From assembly GCA_038131655.1 (NCBI GenBank), contig JAYPPT010000001.1, positions 153,447-217,446 on the forward strand: a stretch of DNA of 64,000 bases, written 5' to 3'. The notes under the pieces are model-generated. The model did no database searches. It was not told where the DNA came from and worked only from the letters and a program-made list of their open reading frames with translations. The translations under genes and the position numbers were made by a program. Positions 36,213 to 46,203 of the stretch are shown here, one piece after another. This DNA comes from Alphaproteobacteria bacterium (lineage in GTDB: Bacteria > Pseudomonadota > Alphaproteobacteria > SMXQ01). Position 1 is the first letter of the stretch; each line of letters opens with the position of its first letter.

Positions 36213-37748
36213 ATGTCAGAGGCCAACACCGTTTGGGACCTTCTTGCCGCCGGGGCCGATGATGCCCCCGCCATCGGCGCACCGGAACGCGAGGTGCTGG
36301 ATTTCGCGGGCCTGCGCGCGCTGGCGCAAAAGACCGTTGGCGACCTCAATGCGCTGGGTATCGGGCGCAATGATCGTGTCGCCATCGTTCTGCCCAACGG
36401 GCCGGAAATGGCGACCGCCTTCATGACCATTGCCTGCGGCGCGACCACGGCGCCGCTGAACCCCGATTACAAGGCGGAGGAATTCGCGTTCTACCTGTCG
36501 GATCTCAATGCCAAGGCCCTGATCGTCGAAGCGGGCTCGACCTCGCCCGCCATTCAGGTCGCCCGCGAAAAGGGCGTGCCGGTTCATGAAATTTTGGTTC
36601 CCGCCGGCGCGCCCGCGGGCGCCTTTGAAATCAGCGCCGCCAAGGGTGCCACGGGCAAGGCGCAAAGCCCGGGCATGGCCGGGGCGGACGACATCGCCCT
36701 GGTGCTGCACACATCGGGCACCACGTCGCGGCCCAAGATCGTGCCCCTGACCCAGACCAACGTCGCGGCCTCGGCACGCCATATCGCCCGGACCCTGGCG
36801 CTGACGCCGAAGGACCGTTGCCTCAACATCATGCCGCTGTTCCACATTCACGGGCTGATCGCCGCCGTGCTGTCGTCCATCGGCGCGGGCGCTTCCGTGA
36901 CCTGCTCGCCGGGCTTCAACGCGCTGCGCTTCTTCAACTGGATGTCCGAGGCACAGCCCACCTGGTACACCGCCGTGCCGACCATGCACCAGGCGATCCT
37001 GACCCGCGCCGGGCGCAATATCGACACCATCGACAGCAACCCGCTGCGCTTCATCCGCTCGTCATCGTCGTCGCTGCCGCCGCAGGTCATGGCGGAACTG
37101 GAAGATGTTTTCTCCGCGCCGGTGATCGAAGCCTATGGCATGACCGAGGCCGCCCACCAGATGGCGTCGAACCCGCTGCCGCCCGCCGCGCGCAAGCCCG
37201 GCTCCGTCGGCATCGCGGCCGGGCCGGAGGTGGCCATCATGGATCTGGACGGCAATTTGCTGGAGCGCGGCGCCACCGGCGAGATCGTCATTCGCGGCCC
37301 CAACGTGACGCCCGGATATGAAGCCAACCCCGCTGCCAATGCCGAAGCCTTCACCAACGGCTGGTTCCGCACCGGCGACCAGGGCGTGATGGATGCGGAG
37401 GGCTACCTGGCCATTACCGGGCGGCTCAAGGAAATCATCAATCGCGGCGGCGAAAAAATCAGCCCGCGCGAGGTGGATGAAGTCCTCATGGATCACGAAG
37501 CGGTGGGCCAGGTCGTGACCTTTGCCATGCCGCATCCGAAACTTGGCGAGGAAGTCGCGGCGGCGGTGGTGCTGCGCGAAGGCAAGACCGTCACCGAAAG
37601 CGAGTTGCGCGATTTCGCCCGCGAACACCTTGCCGAGTTCAAGGTGCCGCGCAAGATCCTGTTCCTTGACGAAATCCCCAAGGGGGCGACGGGCAAGCTT
37701 CAGCGGATCGGGTTGGCGGAGAAGCTCGGCCTCGGCGCGGGGGCGTGA
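36213..37748 (+). CDS. AMP-dependent acyl-CoA synthetase/ligase (short-type, oxalate/medium-chain CoA ligase-like)
   Basis: LHTSGTTSRPKIV P-loop, TGD and GKLQR C-terminal motifs; 511 aa. Confidence 0.85.
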   Translation: MSEANTVWDLLAAGADDAPAIGAPEREVLDFAGLRALAQKTVGDLNALGIGRNDRVAIVLPNGPEMATAFMTIACGATTAPLNPDYKAEEFAFYLSDLNAKALIVEAGSTSPAIQVAREKGVPVHEILVPAGAPAGAFEISAAKGATGKAQSPGMAGADDIALVLHTSGTTSRPKIVPLTQTNVAASARHIARTLALTPKDRCLNIMPLFHIHGLIAAVLSSIGAGASVTCSPGFNALRFFNWMSEAQPTWYTAVPTMHQAILTRAGRNIDTIDSNPLRFIRSSSSSLPPQVMAELEDVFSAPVIEAYGMTEAAHQMASNPLPPAARKPGSVGIAAGPEVAIMDLDGNLLERGATGEIVIRGPNVTPGYEANPAANAEAFTNGWFRTGDQGVMDAEGYLAITGRLKEIINRGGEKISPREVDEVLMDHEAVGQVVTFAMPHPKLGEEVAAAVVLREGKTVTESELRDFAREHLAEFKVPRKILFLDEIPKGATGKLQRIGLAEKLGLGAGA

Positions 37749-37750
37749 CG

Positions 37751-38743
37751 ATGAAGGTCTGCGTCTTCGGCGCCGGCGCCATCGGCGGCTACATGGGCGC
37801 CAAGCTCTGCGCCACCGATGCGGACGTCACCCTGATCGCCCGCGGCCCGCACCTCGAAGCGATGCAGAGCCAAGGCCTGCGGCTGATCGAGGGCGGCGCG
37901 GAAACCACCCTGCATCCACGCGCCGTCGCCAGCGCCGAAGAGGCCGGCCCACAGGATTTCGTCATCATCAGCCTGAAGGCCCATTCGGTCCCCGCCGTGG
38001 TCGAGGTCATGCAGCCGCTGTTCGGTCCAGACACCGCGATCATCTGGGCGGTCAACGGGGTGCCGTGGTGGTATTTCCATGCCCACGGCGGCGAACACGA
38101 TGGCCGGCGCCTGCAAAGTGTCGATCCCGGCGGCGTGCAATGGGACGAGCTGAAGCCCGAGCGCGCCATCGGCTGCGTCGTTTACCCGGCCTGCGAAGTG
38201 CCGGAACCCGGCGTCATCGAACATGTCGCGGGGGACCGTTTTACCTTGGGCGAGCCCAACGGCGAAAAAACCGAACGCATCGAAGCCTTTTCCAAGGCGA
38301 TGATCGCCGGCGGCCTGAAGGCGCCGGTGCGCCCGCGCATCCGCGACGAAATCTGGGTCAAGCTGTGGGGGAACCTTTGCTTCAACCCGATCTCGGCGCT
38401 GACCCATGCAACGCTGGACGTGATCGCCACCGAGGCGGGCACACGGGCGCTGGCACGCAACATGATGCTGGAAGCCCAGGCCATCGGCGAAAAACTGGGC
38501 GTCAAGTTTCCCGTTTCCGTGGACAAGCGCATAGACGGCGCCGCCGGTGTCGGCGCGCACAAGACTTCCATGCTGCAAGACCTTGAACGCGGCCGACCGA
38601 TGGAAATCGACGCGCTGGTCACCGCCGTTCAGGAAATGGGGCGGCTGACCGAAACGCCGACGCCGCATATCGACGCCGTTCTGGCATTGATCCAGCAACG
38701 CGCGGAAGCCGCCGGTCTTTACATTCGACCACAAGCGGAGTGA
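37751..38743 (+). CDS. ketopantoate reductase family protein (PanE/ApbA-like), second copy
   Basis: MKVCVFGAGAIGGYMG; KPR_C domain. Confidence 0.85.
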   Translation: MKVCVFGAGAIGGYMGAKLCATDADVTLIARGPHLEAMQSQGLRLIEGGAETTLHPRAVASAEEAGPQDFVIISLKAHSVPAVVEVMQPLFGPDTAIIWAVNGVPWWYFHAHGGEHDGRRLQSVDPGGVQWDELKPERAIGCVVYPACEVPEPGVIEHVAGDRFTLGEPNGEKTERIEAFSKAMIAGGLKAPVRPRIRDEIWVKLWGNLCFNPISALTHATLDVIATEAGTRALARNMMLEAQAIGEKLGVKFPVSVDKRIDGAAGVGAHKTSMLQDLERGRPMEIDALVTAVQEMGRLTETPTPHIDAVLALIQQRAEAAGLYIRPQAE

Positions 38744-38750
38744 ACGCACC

Positions 38751-41108
38751 ATGACGGACACGGCTCCCCTTCCCGGCATCGGCACCCCATTGCTACGCAA
38801 GGAAGACGGGCGGCTGTTGACCGGGCGCGGACGCTACTCCGACGACATCAATGCCGAAGGCCAGCTTTACGCGGCGGTGCTGCGTTCGCCGCATCCGCAC
38901 GCCCATATACGCGCCATCGATGCCGGGGCGGCCCTGGCGATGCCCGGCGTGCACGCGGTGCTGACGGCGAAAGACGCCGAAGCCGATAACCTGAGGCCGA
39001 TCCATCATCCGCCGCCGCGCTCGGGCCCGCCGGATATCCAGTTGACCCACCGTTCGGGCAAGGCCCCCATCGTGCCACCCCAGTGCCTGCTGGCCGGCGA
39101 CAAGGTGCGCTACGTCGGCGAAGCGGTGGCACTGGTCGTCGCCGACAGTCGCGCCCAGGCCCGCGATGCGGCCGAGTGCGTGCATGTCACCTACGAACCG
39201 CTACCCGCCGTCGCCGATGCGCTGGATGCCGCCCTGCCGGATGCGCCCAAGCTGTGGGACGATCAGGAAAGCAACCTGCTGGTCGATGCCGATGCCGGGG
39301 ATGAAACCGCAACCGAGGCCGCCTTCGCCTGCGCCGCCCATGTCGTGACCCTTTCGACGCAAATCCAGCGCGTCACCGGCGTGCCGATGGAGCCGCGCGC
39401 CGCCGTCGGCATGTTCGACCCATCAAGCGGCGTCTATACCCTGCACGCGGGCGGCGGCGGCGTGGTGCGCCCGCGCAAGGAAATCGCCGAAATCCTGGGG
39501 GTGGACATCGAAAAGGTCCGCGTCACCGCCCATGAGGTGGGCGGCAACTTCGGTACCCGCAACGCCATCTACCCGGAATTCCCGCTGGTGGTCTGGGCGG
39601 CGAAGCGGCTGGGCCGCCCGGTGAAATGGACCGCCGACCGGTCGGAGGCTTTCCTCAGCGATTACCAGGGGCGCGACCTGACCGTGATCGACTGCCAGCT
39701 GGCGCTGGATAAAGATGGCCGCTTCCTCGCCATTCGCGGCACCAACCGGCTCAACTGCGGCGCCTATCCCGTCACCTTCGTGCCGCTGATCAAGGGCGTC
39801 GAGCTGATGACCGGGGTCTATGATTTTCCCGCCGCCTATTTTCGCTCACAGGCGGTGATGAGCAACAAGCCGCCGGTGAACAACTACCGGTCCAGCGGAC
39901 GGCCCGAAGCGATGTTCATCCTCGAACGCCTGATCGACATCGCCTGTGCCGAACATGGCTTCGACCGCATCGAGATACGGCGCCGGAATTTCATCCCGCG
40001 CATTGGCGAGGGCTACACCAACGCCCTGGGCCTGCCCTACGATTGCGGGGCCTACGACAAGGTTATGTCGTCGGCGCTCAAGATGGCGGATTGGGACAGC
40101 TTCGAGGCCCGGCGCCGGGAAGCGAAAGCGCGCGGGCGCCTGCGCGGCATCGGGGTGTCGAACTACCTTGAACTGACCGGCGGCTACCCGCGCGAGCGCA
40201 CGGAAATCACCGTGCATCCCGAAGGCCGGGTGGACTGCGTCATCGGTACGTTATCAAGCGGCCAGGGGCATGAAACCAGCTTCGCGCAACTGCTGGTGAG
40301 CTGGCTCGGCGTGCCCGCCGAAAGCGTCAACCTGATTACAGGCGATACCAATGTCGTGCTGGAAGGGGGTGGGTCGCATTCGGCGCGCTCCATGCGCATG
40401 GCCGGGATCGTCATGGGCACGGCGAGCGAGGAGATCATGGACCGGGCGAAGAAGATCGCGGCCCATGTGCTCGGCGCCGTAGTGGATGAAATCGCGTTCA
40501 GCGATGCGCGCTTCCGCCATGAGGCGACCAACCGTTCCCTCGACATCTTCGAGATCGCCGCCGCCGCCCGCGACGACGACACCCTGCCCGATGATTTGCG
40601 CGGGCCCCTGGCGGCGATCAGCGACCAGACCATTCATCTCGGCGCCTTCCCCTACGGCTGCCATGTCTGCGAAGTCGAGATCGATCCCGACACCGGCGAA
40701 GTCGAAATTACCGGCTATGCCGCGGTGGATGACGTGGGCCGGGCCATCAACCCGCTGATCCTGCGCGGCCAGACCCACGGCGGCGCCGTGCAGGGCATCG
40801 GCCAGGCCCTGTGGGAACACGTCGCCTATGACCGCGACAGCGCCCAGCTTCTGGCCGGCACCTTCATGGATTACGCCATGCCCCGCGCCCACCGGCTGCC
40901 AGGCTTCAAGGTCGAAATCTCGGAAGTGCCCTCACCGCGCAACAAGCTCGGCGTGCGCGGCGGCGGCGAAGGCGGCACCACCCCGGCGCTGGCCGTGGTG
41001 GTGAACGCCGTGGTCGATGCGCTCAGCCCCCTCGGCATCCGGCACATGGAAATGCCGGTGACGTCGCAGTCCGTCTGGCGTGCGATCCGGGACGCGGGCG
41101 CGTCCTAG
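38751..41108 (+). CDS. xanthine dehydrogenase family molybdopterin-binding large subunit (CoxL-like, form II type), no adjacent FeS/FAD subunits
   Basis: 785 aa, N-terminal a/b-hammerhead (LLRKEDGRLLTGRGRYSDD), active-site loop NYRSSGRPEA. Confidence 0.85.
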   Translation: MTDTAPLPGIGTPLLRKEDGRLLTGRGRYSDDINAEGQLYAAVLRSPHPHAHIRAIDAGAALAMPGVHAVLTAKDAEADNLRPIHHPPPRSGPPDIQLTHRSGKAPIVPPQCLLAGDKVRYVGEAVALVVADSRAQARDAAECVHVTYEPLPAVADALDAALPDAPKLWDDQESNLLVDADAGDETATEAAFACAAHVVTLSTQIQRVTGVPMEPRAAVGMFDPSSGVYTLHAGGGGVVRPRKEIAEILGVDIEKVRVTAHEVGGNFGTRNAIYPEFPLVVWAAKRLGRPVKWTADRSEAFLSDYQGRDLTVIDCQLALDKDGRFLAIRGTNRLNCGAYPVTFVPLIKGVELMTGVYDFPAAYFRSQAVMSNKPPVNNYRSSGRPEAMFILERLIDIACAEHGFDRIEIRRRNFIPRIGEGYTNALGLPYDCGAYDKVMSSALKMADWDSFEARRREAKARGRLRGIGVSNYLELTGGYPRERTEITVHPEGRVDCVIGTLSSGQGHETSFAQLLVSWLGVPAESVNLITGDTNVVLEGGGSHSARSMRMAGIVMGTASEEIMDRAKKIAAHVLGAVVDEIAFSDARFRHEATNRSLDIFEIAAAARDDDTLPDDLRGPLAAISDQTIHLGAFPYGCHVCEVEIDPDTGEVEITGYAAVDDVGRAINPLILRGQTHGGAVQGIGQALWEHVAYDRDSAQLLAGTFMDYAMPRAHRLPGFKVEISEVPSPRNKLGVRGGGEGGTTPALAVVVNAVVDALSPLGIRHMEMPVTSQSVWRAIRDAGAS

Positions 41109-42013
41109 ACCTTTTCCTTCTCCGGCATGGTCAGGAACGTCGCCAGCACGTGCCACAGGCGATGGCGGTTGAAACCCAAAGCCGCCGCGTGCGACGCCCC
41201 GTCCATCATGGTGAACTGCTTGTCCTTGTTGGGCAGGCGGGCGAAAAATTCCATCACGTCTTCGTCGGTGGCGATGCCGTCATGTTCGGAGCGCACCAGC
41301 GCCGTCGGGCATTTGACGTCTTCGGGCTCCACCACCGGCAGGTTCGCGCACATATCGATGTAAGTCCCCGTCGGCACATGGGTGCAGAGCGGCGCTTCCG
41401 AATCGGCCAATGCCTGGGCAACCCGGTCATCCGAGGTGCCCGGCTTGTCGCGATTGAAGATGGTGGAAAAGAACGCGTGATCCACCGGGCGCTTGTTGGA
41501 CGACTTCCAGACATCGAGCTTCTTGGCGCGGTCGGCCAGCGTGGGCGATCCCTTGCCGGTATAGACCATGGCGGCGACCGCAAGGCGCGCGACCTTATCG
41601 GGACAGGCCGCGGCATAGGCCGCCGCCCGCAGAGCGCCGGACGAGCCGCCGTACATCACCACGCTTTTGGCGCCGGTTTCCGCCGTGACGATTTCCATCG
41701 CGGCCTTGAGGTCGTCAACGCCTTCCGCAACATAGGAAAACACGCCGTCGCGCCAGCCCGAACGCCCATAGCCTTCATGATCCACGGTCCAGACATCGAA
41801 GCCCAGTTCGGCGAAGTGATCCATCATCGAGTAGCCGGGCAGGCCCGGCACCTGCAGATCGAAGCCGGAGCGCGCGGAAAAGGACGATCCATGCACCAGG
41901 AACAGCACCGGCTTGTCGCCCTTTTGCGCGGGCGCGCCTTCGCGCTTGCGCCAGACGTGCAGGTCGATGCCCGCCTTCTTGGCCGTATAGGCCTGGGACC
42001 AGATGTTGCTCAT
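41105..42013 (-). CDS. alpha/beta hydrolase, paralog A
   Basis: LFLVHGSSFS..., GGSSGA nucleophile elbow; ATGA overlap with upstream paralog. Confidence 0.75.
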   Translation of the reverse strand: MSNIWSQAYTAKKAGIDLHVWRKREGAPAQKGDKPVLFLVHGSSFSARSGFDLQVPGLPGYSMMDHFAELGFDVWTVDHEGYGRSGWRDGVFSYVAEGVDDLKAAMEIVTAETGAKSVVMYGGSSGALRAAAYAAACPDKVARLAVAAMVYTGKGSPTLADRAKKLDVWKSSNKRPVDHAFFSTIFNRDKPGTSDDRVAQALADSEAPLCTHVPTGTYIDMCANLPVVEPEDVKCPTALVRSEHDGIATDEDVMEFFARLPNKDKQFTMMDGASHAAALGFNRHRLWHVLATFLTMPEKEKV

Positions 42014-42975
42014 GAGCGGCCTCCCGCGCGGCGCTTTTCCTGAATTTTTTCCTGGTCTTCGGCCAGATACGGATCGCGCCGTTCCGGCATGCGCAGGAAG
42101 CCATCCATCACGTGCCAGAAGCGCTTTCGATTGATGCCGAGCGGCGACACATGGGCCTGGCCCTCGATGATAGAGAACTGCTTGTCGGTGTTGGGCAGGC
42201 GCATGAAGAAGGCGTAGAGGTCTTCCTCGGTCGCGATGCCGTCGTGCTCGCCGCGCAGGATCAGCGTGGGGCAAACCACATCCAGCGGGTCCACCGTCGG
42301 CAGGTTGGCGCACATGTCGGCGTAAGTCCCCGTCGGCACCTCACTGCAGAGCGGCCCTTCCGCGTCGGCCAGCGCATCGGGGATGGCCGGTTCCGACGTG
42401 CCGGGCAGGTCGCGGTTGAAGATCGAATGATAAAAGGCCCGATCGACGGCGCGCTTGTGCGAAGACGTCCACTGATCGAGCTTCTTCCGCCGCTCGATCA
42501 GGGTGGGCGCGCCTTCACCGGTCCATACGAAAGCATCGAGACAGATGCGCGCGCAGGATTGGGGCGAGGCGGCGGCGAAACTCGCCAGCCGCAGGGCGCC
42601 CGACGACTGGCCGTAGAAGTAATAGGACTTGAGCCCGGTTTCGCGTTCCACCACCGCGACGCCGGCCTTCAGGTCCTCGGCCCCGTCGGCAATGGTGGCG
42701 CGGTAGCCGTCGCGCCAGTCGGACCGGCCATAGCCTTCATGGTCCATGGTCCACACGTCGTAGCCACGACGCGCGAATTCATCCATCAGGGAATATTCTT
42801 TGGACCCGTTCACGGTCAGGTCGAAACCCGACGGCCCGGAAAAGGACGAGCCGTGGACCAGGAACAGCGCCGGCTTCGGCTTTGCCTTGTCCGGCGTGCC
42901 CAGGTGCTTGCGCAGCATGTAGAGCGACACATCGCCCTTTTTCGCGGTGTATTCCGCGCTCCAGATTTCACTCAT
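42010..42975 (-). CDS. alpha/beta hydrolase, paralog B
   Basis: ~50% identical to paralog A by eye; GQSSGA; RBS GGAGA. Confidence 0.75.
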   Translation of the reverse strand: MSEIWSAEYTAKKGDVSLYMLRKHLGTPDKAKPKPALFLVHGSSFSGPSGFDLTVNGSKEYSLMDEFARRGYDVWTMDHEGYGRSDWRDGYRATIADGAEDLKAGVAVVERETGLKSYYFYGQSSGALRLASFAAASPQSCARICLDAFVWTGEGAPTLIERRKKLDQWTSSHKRAVDRAFYHSIFNRDLPGTSEPAIPDALADAEGPLCSEVPTGTYADMCANLPTVDPLDVVCPTLILRGEHDGIATEEDLYAFFMRLPNTDKQFSIIEGQAHVSPLGINRKRFWHVMDGFLRMPERRDPYLAEDQEKIQEKRRAGGRS

Positions 42976-42996
42976 GTCGTTTTCTCCAGCGCCGTA

Positions 42997-44607
42997 TCAA
43001 CCGCCGTGTTCCACGACCCAGTCGTAGGCGGGCAAGGTCAGGAATTCGGAGAATTCCTTAGTCAGAACCATCTTGCGGAAAAGATCGGCCGCTGCATCGA
43101 CGGCCTTTCCGCGGCCGGCATCGTTGAGGCCGTGCTTGATCTTGGCCACTTCCTCGTCGAGGGTCTTGGCGAACAGGTCGGCGTCGATCACCTTGCCGTC
43201 GTCGCGCTTGGCGCCCCAGCGCACCCACTGCCAGAGCTGGGTACGCGAAATCTCCGCTGTCGCCGCATCTTCCATCAGATTGTAAAGCGGCACGCAGCCG
43301 TTCCCGCGCAGCCACGATTCCGTGTACAGAAGCCCGACGTTGATGTTCTGGCGGAAGCCCGCTTCGGTGATCGGCCCTTCCGCGACCTTGAGCAGATCGG
43401 CAGCGGTGACATTTACGTCTTCACGCTTGTTGTCAATCTGGTTGGCACCCGGCATGTACTCGTCGAACACCGCCTTGGCGGTGGCGACCAATCCCGGATG
43501 CGCGACCCAGGTGCCGTCGTGGCCGTTCTTGACCTCTCGCAGCTTGTCCTGATGGACCTTGTCCAGCGCCGCCGCATTGGCCTTTTCATCGCCGCGAATG
43601 GGAATCTGCGCCGCCATGCCGCCCATGGCGTGCACGCCCCGGCGGTGGCAGGTCTTGATCAGCAATTGCGAATAGGACGACAGGAAATGGCTCGCCATCG
43701 TCACCAGCCCGCGATCGGGCAGCACGAAGGCGGGATCGTTGCGGAAACGCTTGATGAAGGAAAAGATGTAATCCCAGCGTCCGCAATTGAGCCCGGCGGA
43801 GTGGTCCTTGATCTCCCACAGGAACTCATCCATCTGGAACGACGCCAGGATGGTTTCGATCAGGATCGTCGCCTTGATGGTGCCGCGCGGGATGCCGATG
43901 GTGTCCTGGGCGAAGTTGAAGACATCGTTCCACAGGCGCACCTCGAGGTAGTGCTCCATCTTCGGCAGGTAGAAATACGGCCCCGTACCGCGTGCCAGCT
44001 GTTCCTTAGCGTTGTGGAAGAAGAACAGGCCGAAATCGAAGAACGCGCCGGTCACCGGCTCGCCGTCCACCAGCATGTGGTTTTCCGGCAGGTGCCAGCC
44101 GCGCGGGCGCACCAGCAGCACCGCCGTCTTGTCGTTCAGTTCGTAATGACGCTTGGTGACCGGGTCATCGAATGTGATCTGATGGCGCACCGCGTCGTAA
44201 AGATTGACCTGACCGCGCACCATGTTGTCCCAGGTCGGCGCGTTGGCATCTTCGAAGTCGGTCATGAAGACATAGGCGCCGCAGTTGAGCGCGTTGATGA
44301 CCATCTTGCGCTCGGTCGGGCCGGTGATTTCCACCCGGCGGTCCAGCAGGTCCTGGGGCAGCGGCGCCACGGTCCAGTCGCTTTCGCGGATTTCACGGGT
44401 TTCTTCTAGGAAGTCGGGACGCCAGCCGCCGTCGAGCTGCTTTTGCACCTCTTCACGAGCGGCCAGCAACGCGCGGCGGCGCTCGCCGAAACGGCGCTCG
44501 AGATCAGCGACGAAGGCGACCGCCTCGTTGGTCAGGATATACCTGAATTCGGGCGCGATCGGAGCCTTGAAAGTCACGCCCTTAACGTTGGGTAAGTTAT
44601 CCGCCAC
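42997..44607 (-). CDS. aceB: malate synthase A
   Basis: 536 aa, full-length match to AceB pattern (…GLNCGRWDYIFS…); GTG start with AGGAGAGAG RBS. Confidence 0.9.
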   Translation of the reverse strand: MADNLPNVKGVTFKAPIAPEFRYILTNEAVAFVADLERRFGERRRALLAAREEVQKQLDGGWRPDFLEETREIRESDWTVAPLPQDLLDRRVEITGPTERKMVINALNCGAYVFMTDFEDANAPTWDNMVRGQVNLYDAVRHQITFDDPVTKRHYELNDKTAVLLVRPRGWHLPENHMLVDGEPVTGAFFDFGLFFFHNAKEQLARGTGPYFYLPKMEHYLEVRLWNDVFNFAQDTIGIPRGTIKATILIETILASFQMDEFLWEIKDHSAGLNCGRWDYIFSFIKRFRNDPAFVLPDRGLVTMASHFLSSYSQLLIKTCHRRGVHAMGGMAAQIPIRGDEKANAAALDKVHQDKLREVKNGHDGTWVAHPGLVATAKAVFDEYMPGANQIDNKREDVNVTAADLLKVAEGPITEAGFRQNINVGLLYTESWLRGNGCVPLYNLMEDAATAEISRTQLWQWVRWGAKRDDGKVIDADLFAKTLDEEVAKIKHGLNDAGRGKAVDAAADLFRKMVLTKEFSEFLTLPAYDWVVEHGG

Positions 44608-44704
44608 GAGCTCTCTCCTGTAAATTTAATGTATTTTATACCTGACTGAAATCGGCACAGCACAAGGCCAAAATTGCGCATGCCTGACTTGTGCCCCCAG
44701 TGGA

Positions 44705-45289
44705 CTAGGGCAGTAACTCAGCTTTTAATATTACAACATCAGACCGTGGCACGTCTCCGTAGGGACCAAAATTTTGTGTTGATGATCGCTCGATCACTTT
44801 GACAGTCTTCATGCCCTCAACAACATAGCCGAAAACAGCATAGCCCCACGATCGACCATCGCTTTTACTGCGATGATCTAGCATCGCGTTATCAACTGTA
44901 TTGATAAAAAATTGTGCTGATGCTGAATGCGGATCACTAGTGCGCGCCATGGCAATAGTTCCGGTTCGATTTTTAAGTCCATTGTCTGCTTCGTTGAGGA
45001 TAGGAGTGCGGGGTTCTTTTTTCTGCATGCCGGGTAAAAAGCCCCCACCCTGAATCATGAACCCCGGTATCACTCGATGGAAGATGGTGCCGTTGTAATA
45101 ACCCGAACGCACGCAACTGATGAAATTCATGACGGTCTTCGGCGCGCGTTTCGGGTCCAGCTCAATTACAATCGGACCGAGATTGGTTGTGAACTTCACC
45201 CTTGGCTGGCCAGCAGCATCTGAGCCTCCAACGAAAGTACCGAAGGCGACGAGAACGGTAGTCAGCAACGCTGCAAGAGGACGAAACAT
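44705..45289 (-). CDS. ppiA: peptidyl-prolyl cis-trans isomerase, cyclophilin type, secreted
   Basis: Signal peptide + cyclophilin motifs (HRVIPGFMIQGGG, FFINT); low GC. Confidence 0.85.
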   Translation of the reverse strand: MFRPLAALLTTVLVAFGTFVGGSDAAGQPRVKFTTNLGPIVIELDPKRAPKTVMNFISCVRSGYYNGTIFHRVIPGFMIQGGGFLPGMQKKEPRTPILNEADNGLKNRTGTIAMARTSDPHSASAQFFINTVDNAMLDHRSKSDGRSWGYAVFGYVVEGMKTVKVIERSSTQNFGPYGDVPRSDVVILKAELLP

Positions 45290-45320
45290 TTTGAAATATC
45301 CATTGAGATTAATGGGGATA

Positions 45321-45397
45321 TTGGTGCGCCCGGCGGGATTCGAACCCACGACCCCAGGATTAGGAATCCTGTGCTCTATCCTGCTGAGCTACGGGCG
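45321..45397 (-). tRNA. tRNA-Arg (anticodon CCU), CCA encoded
   Basis: Manual fold: acceptor GCGCCCG/CGGGCGC, D-stem GCTC/GAGC, anticodon stem CAGGA/TCCTG, loop TTCCTAA, T-loop TTCGAAT, discriminator A. Confidence 0.85.
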
Positions 45398-45841
45398 CAC
45401 AGGAACCTGTAATTAATACAAATTTTTAGTCTTACACACCCTAAATTAGTGGTGCCGCACTGTACAAATAGTCAGTTTTGAGCAATTTACCTGACTTTTT
45501 ACCAGGCAGGCGGCGGCCCTAACCCAATAATTCGGCAGGGGTCTTTGTTGATATTACACTATAATTTGTACCAGAAGACTGTAGTGTGGGTTTGGGGAAA
45601 CAGAATCTGCGGCAAAAAGTGTAATTAACGACCCGAGAAGACATCTAGGCATTGGCGAAACGCCCATCAAATTTCTTGTACCGCGGCACCTAAGATCCTC
45701 GATGCATGCAAAGCTGCATACAGAAGATTAGAGAAGTTTTTTAGCCGGCATAGTGCTAGACATTATATATCTAATAATGTTTATGAATTTTTTCGATCTA
45801 ATTTAGTTTCACCTGTCAAAATCACGGGGGTATAAAATAAG

Positions 45842-46138
45842 ATGGCCACGGCGGTTCTAATAAAGCACGATCAATCAGGATTAATTAAAAAGGGTTTCTA
45901 CGGTTTTAGTTGGACCTATTTATTTTTCGGATGGCTTGTTCCTGTTTTTCGGGGGGAACTTGGCGTTGGCGCTCTTCATCTATTGTTTTCTATTTTTACT
46001 TTTGGGATTTGGCAGTTAATTGTTTGTTTTTTGTATAACAAACAATACATGATGCGAATGCTCATAGAAGGCTGGCGCCTCGCTGGCGGCGAAAACGAGA
46101 ATGCTCTAGCAAAATTAGCATTGGGAATATCTGATTAG
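45842..46138 (+). CDS. hypothetical small membrane protein (98 aa, two hydrophobic segments; weak TM2-like pattern)
   Basis: RBS GGGGG; low-GC codon usage; no confident family assignment. Confidence 0.5.
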   Translation: MATAVLIKHDQSGLIKKGFYGFSWTYLFFGWLVPVFRGELGVGALHLLFSIFTFGIWQLIVCFLYNKQYMMRMLIEGWRLAGGENENALAKLALGISD

Positions 46139-46203
46139 TTGCAATAAATCATAAAAATGTTGAGAACTAACGTTGTCAAGATAATTGGGGGATACACATA
46201 CAA

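Noticed and set aside
42112-44409. 765-aa + strand ORF
   Set aside because: Antisense to aceB and the hydrolase; no motifs.
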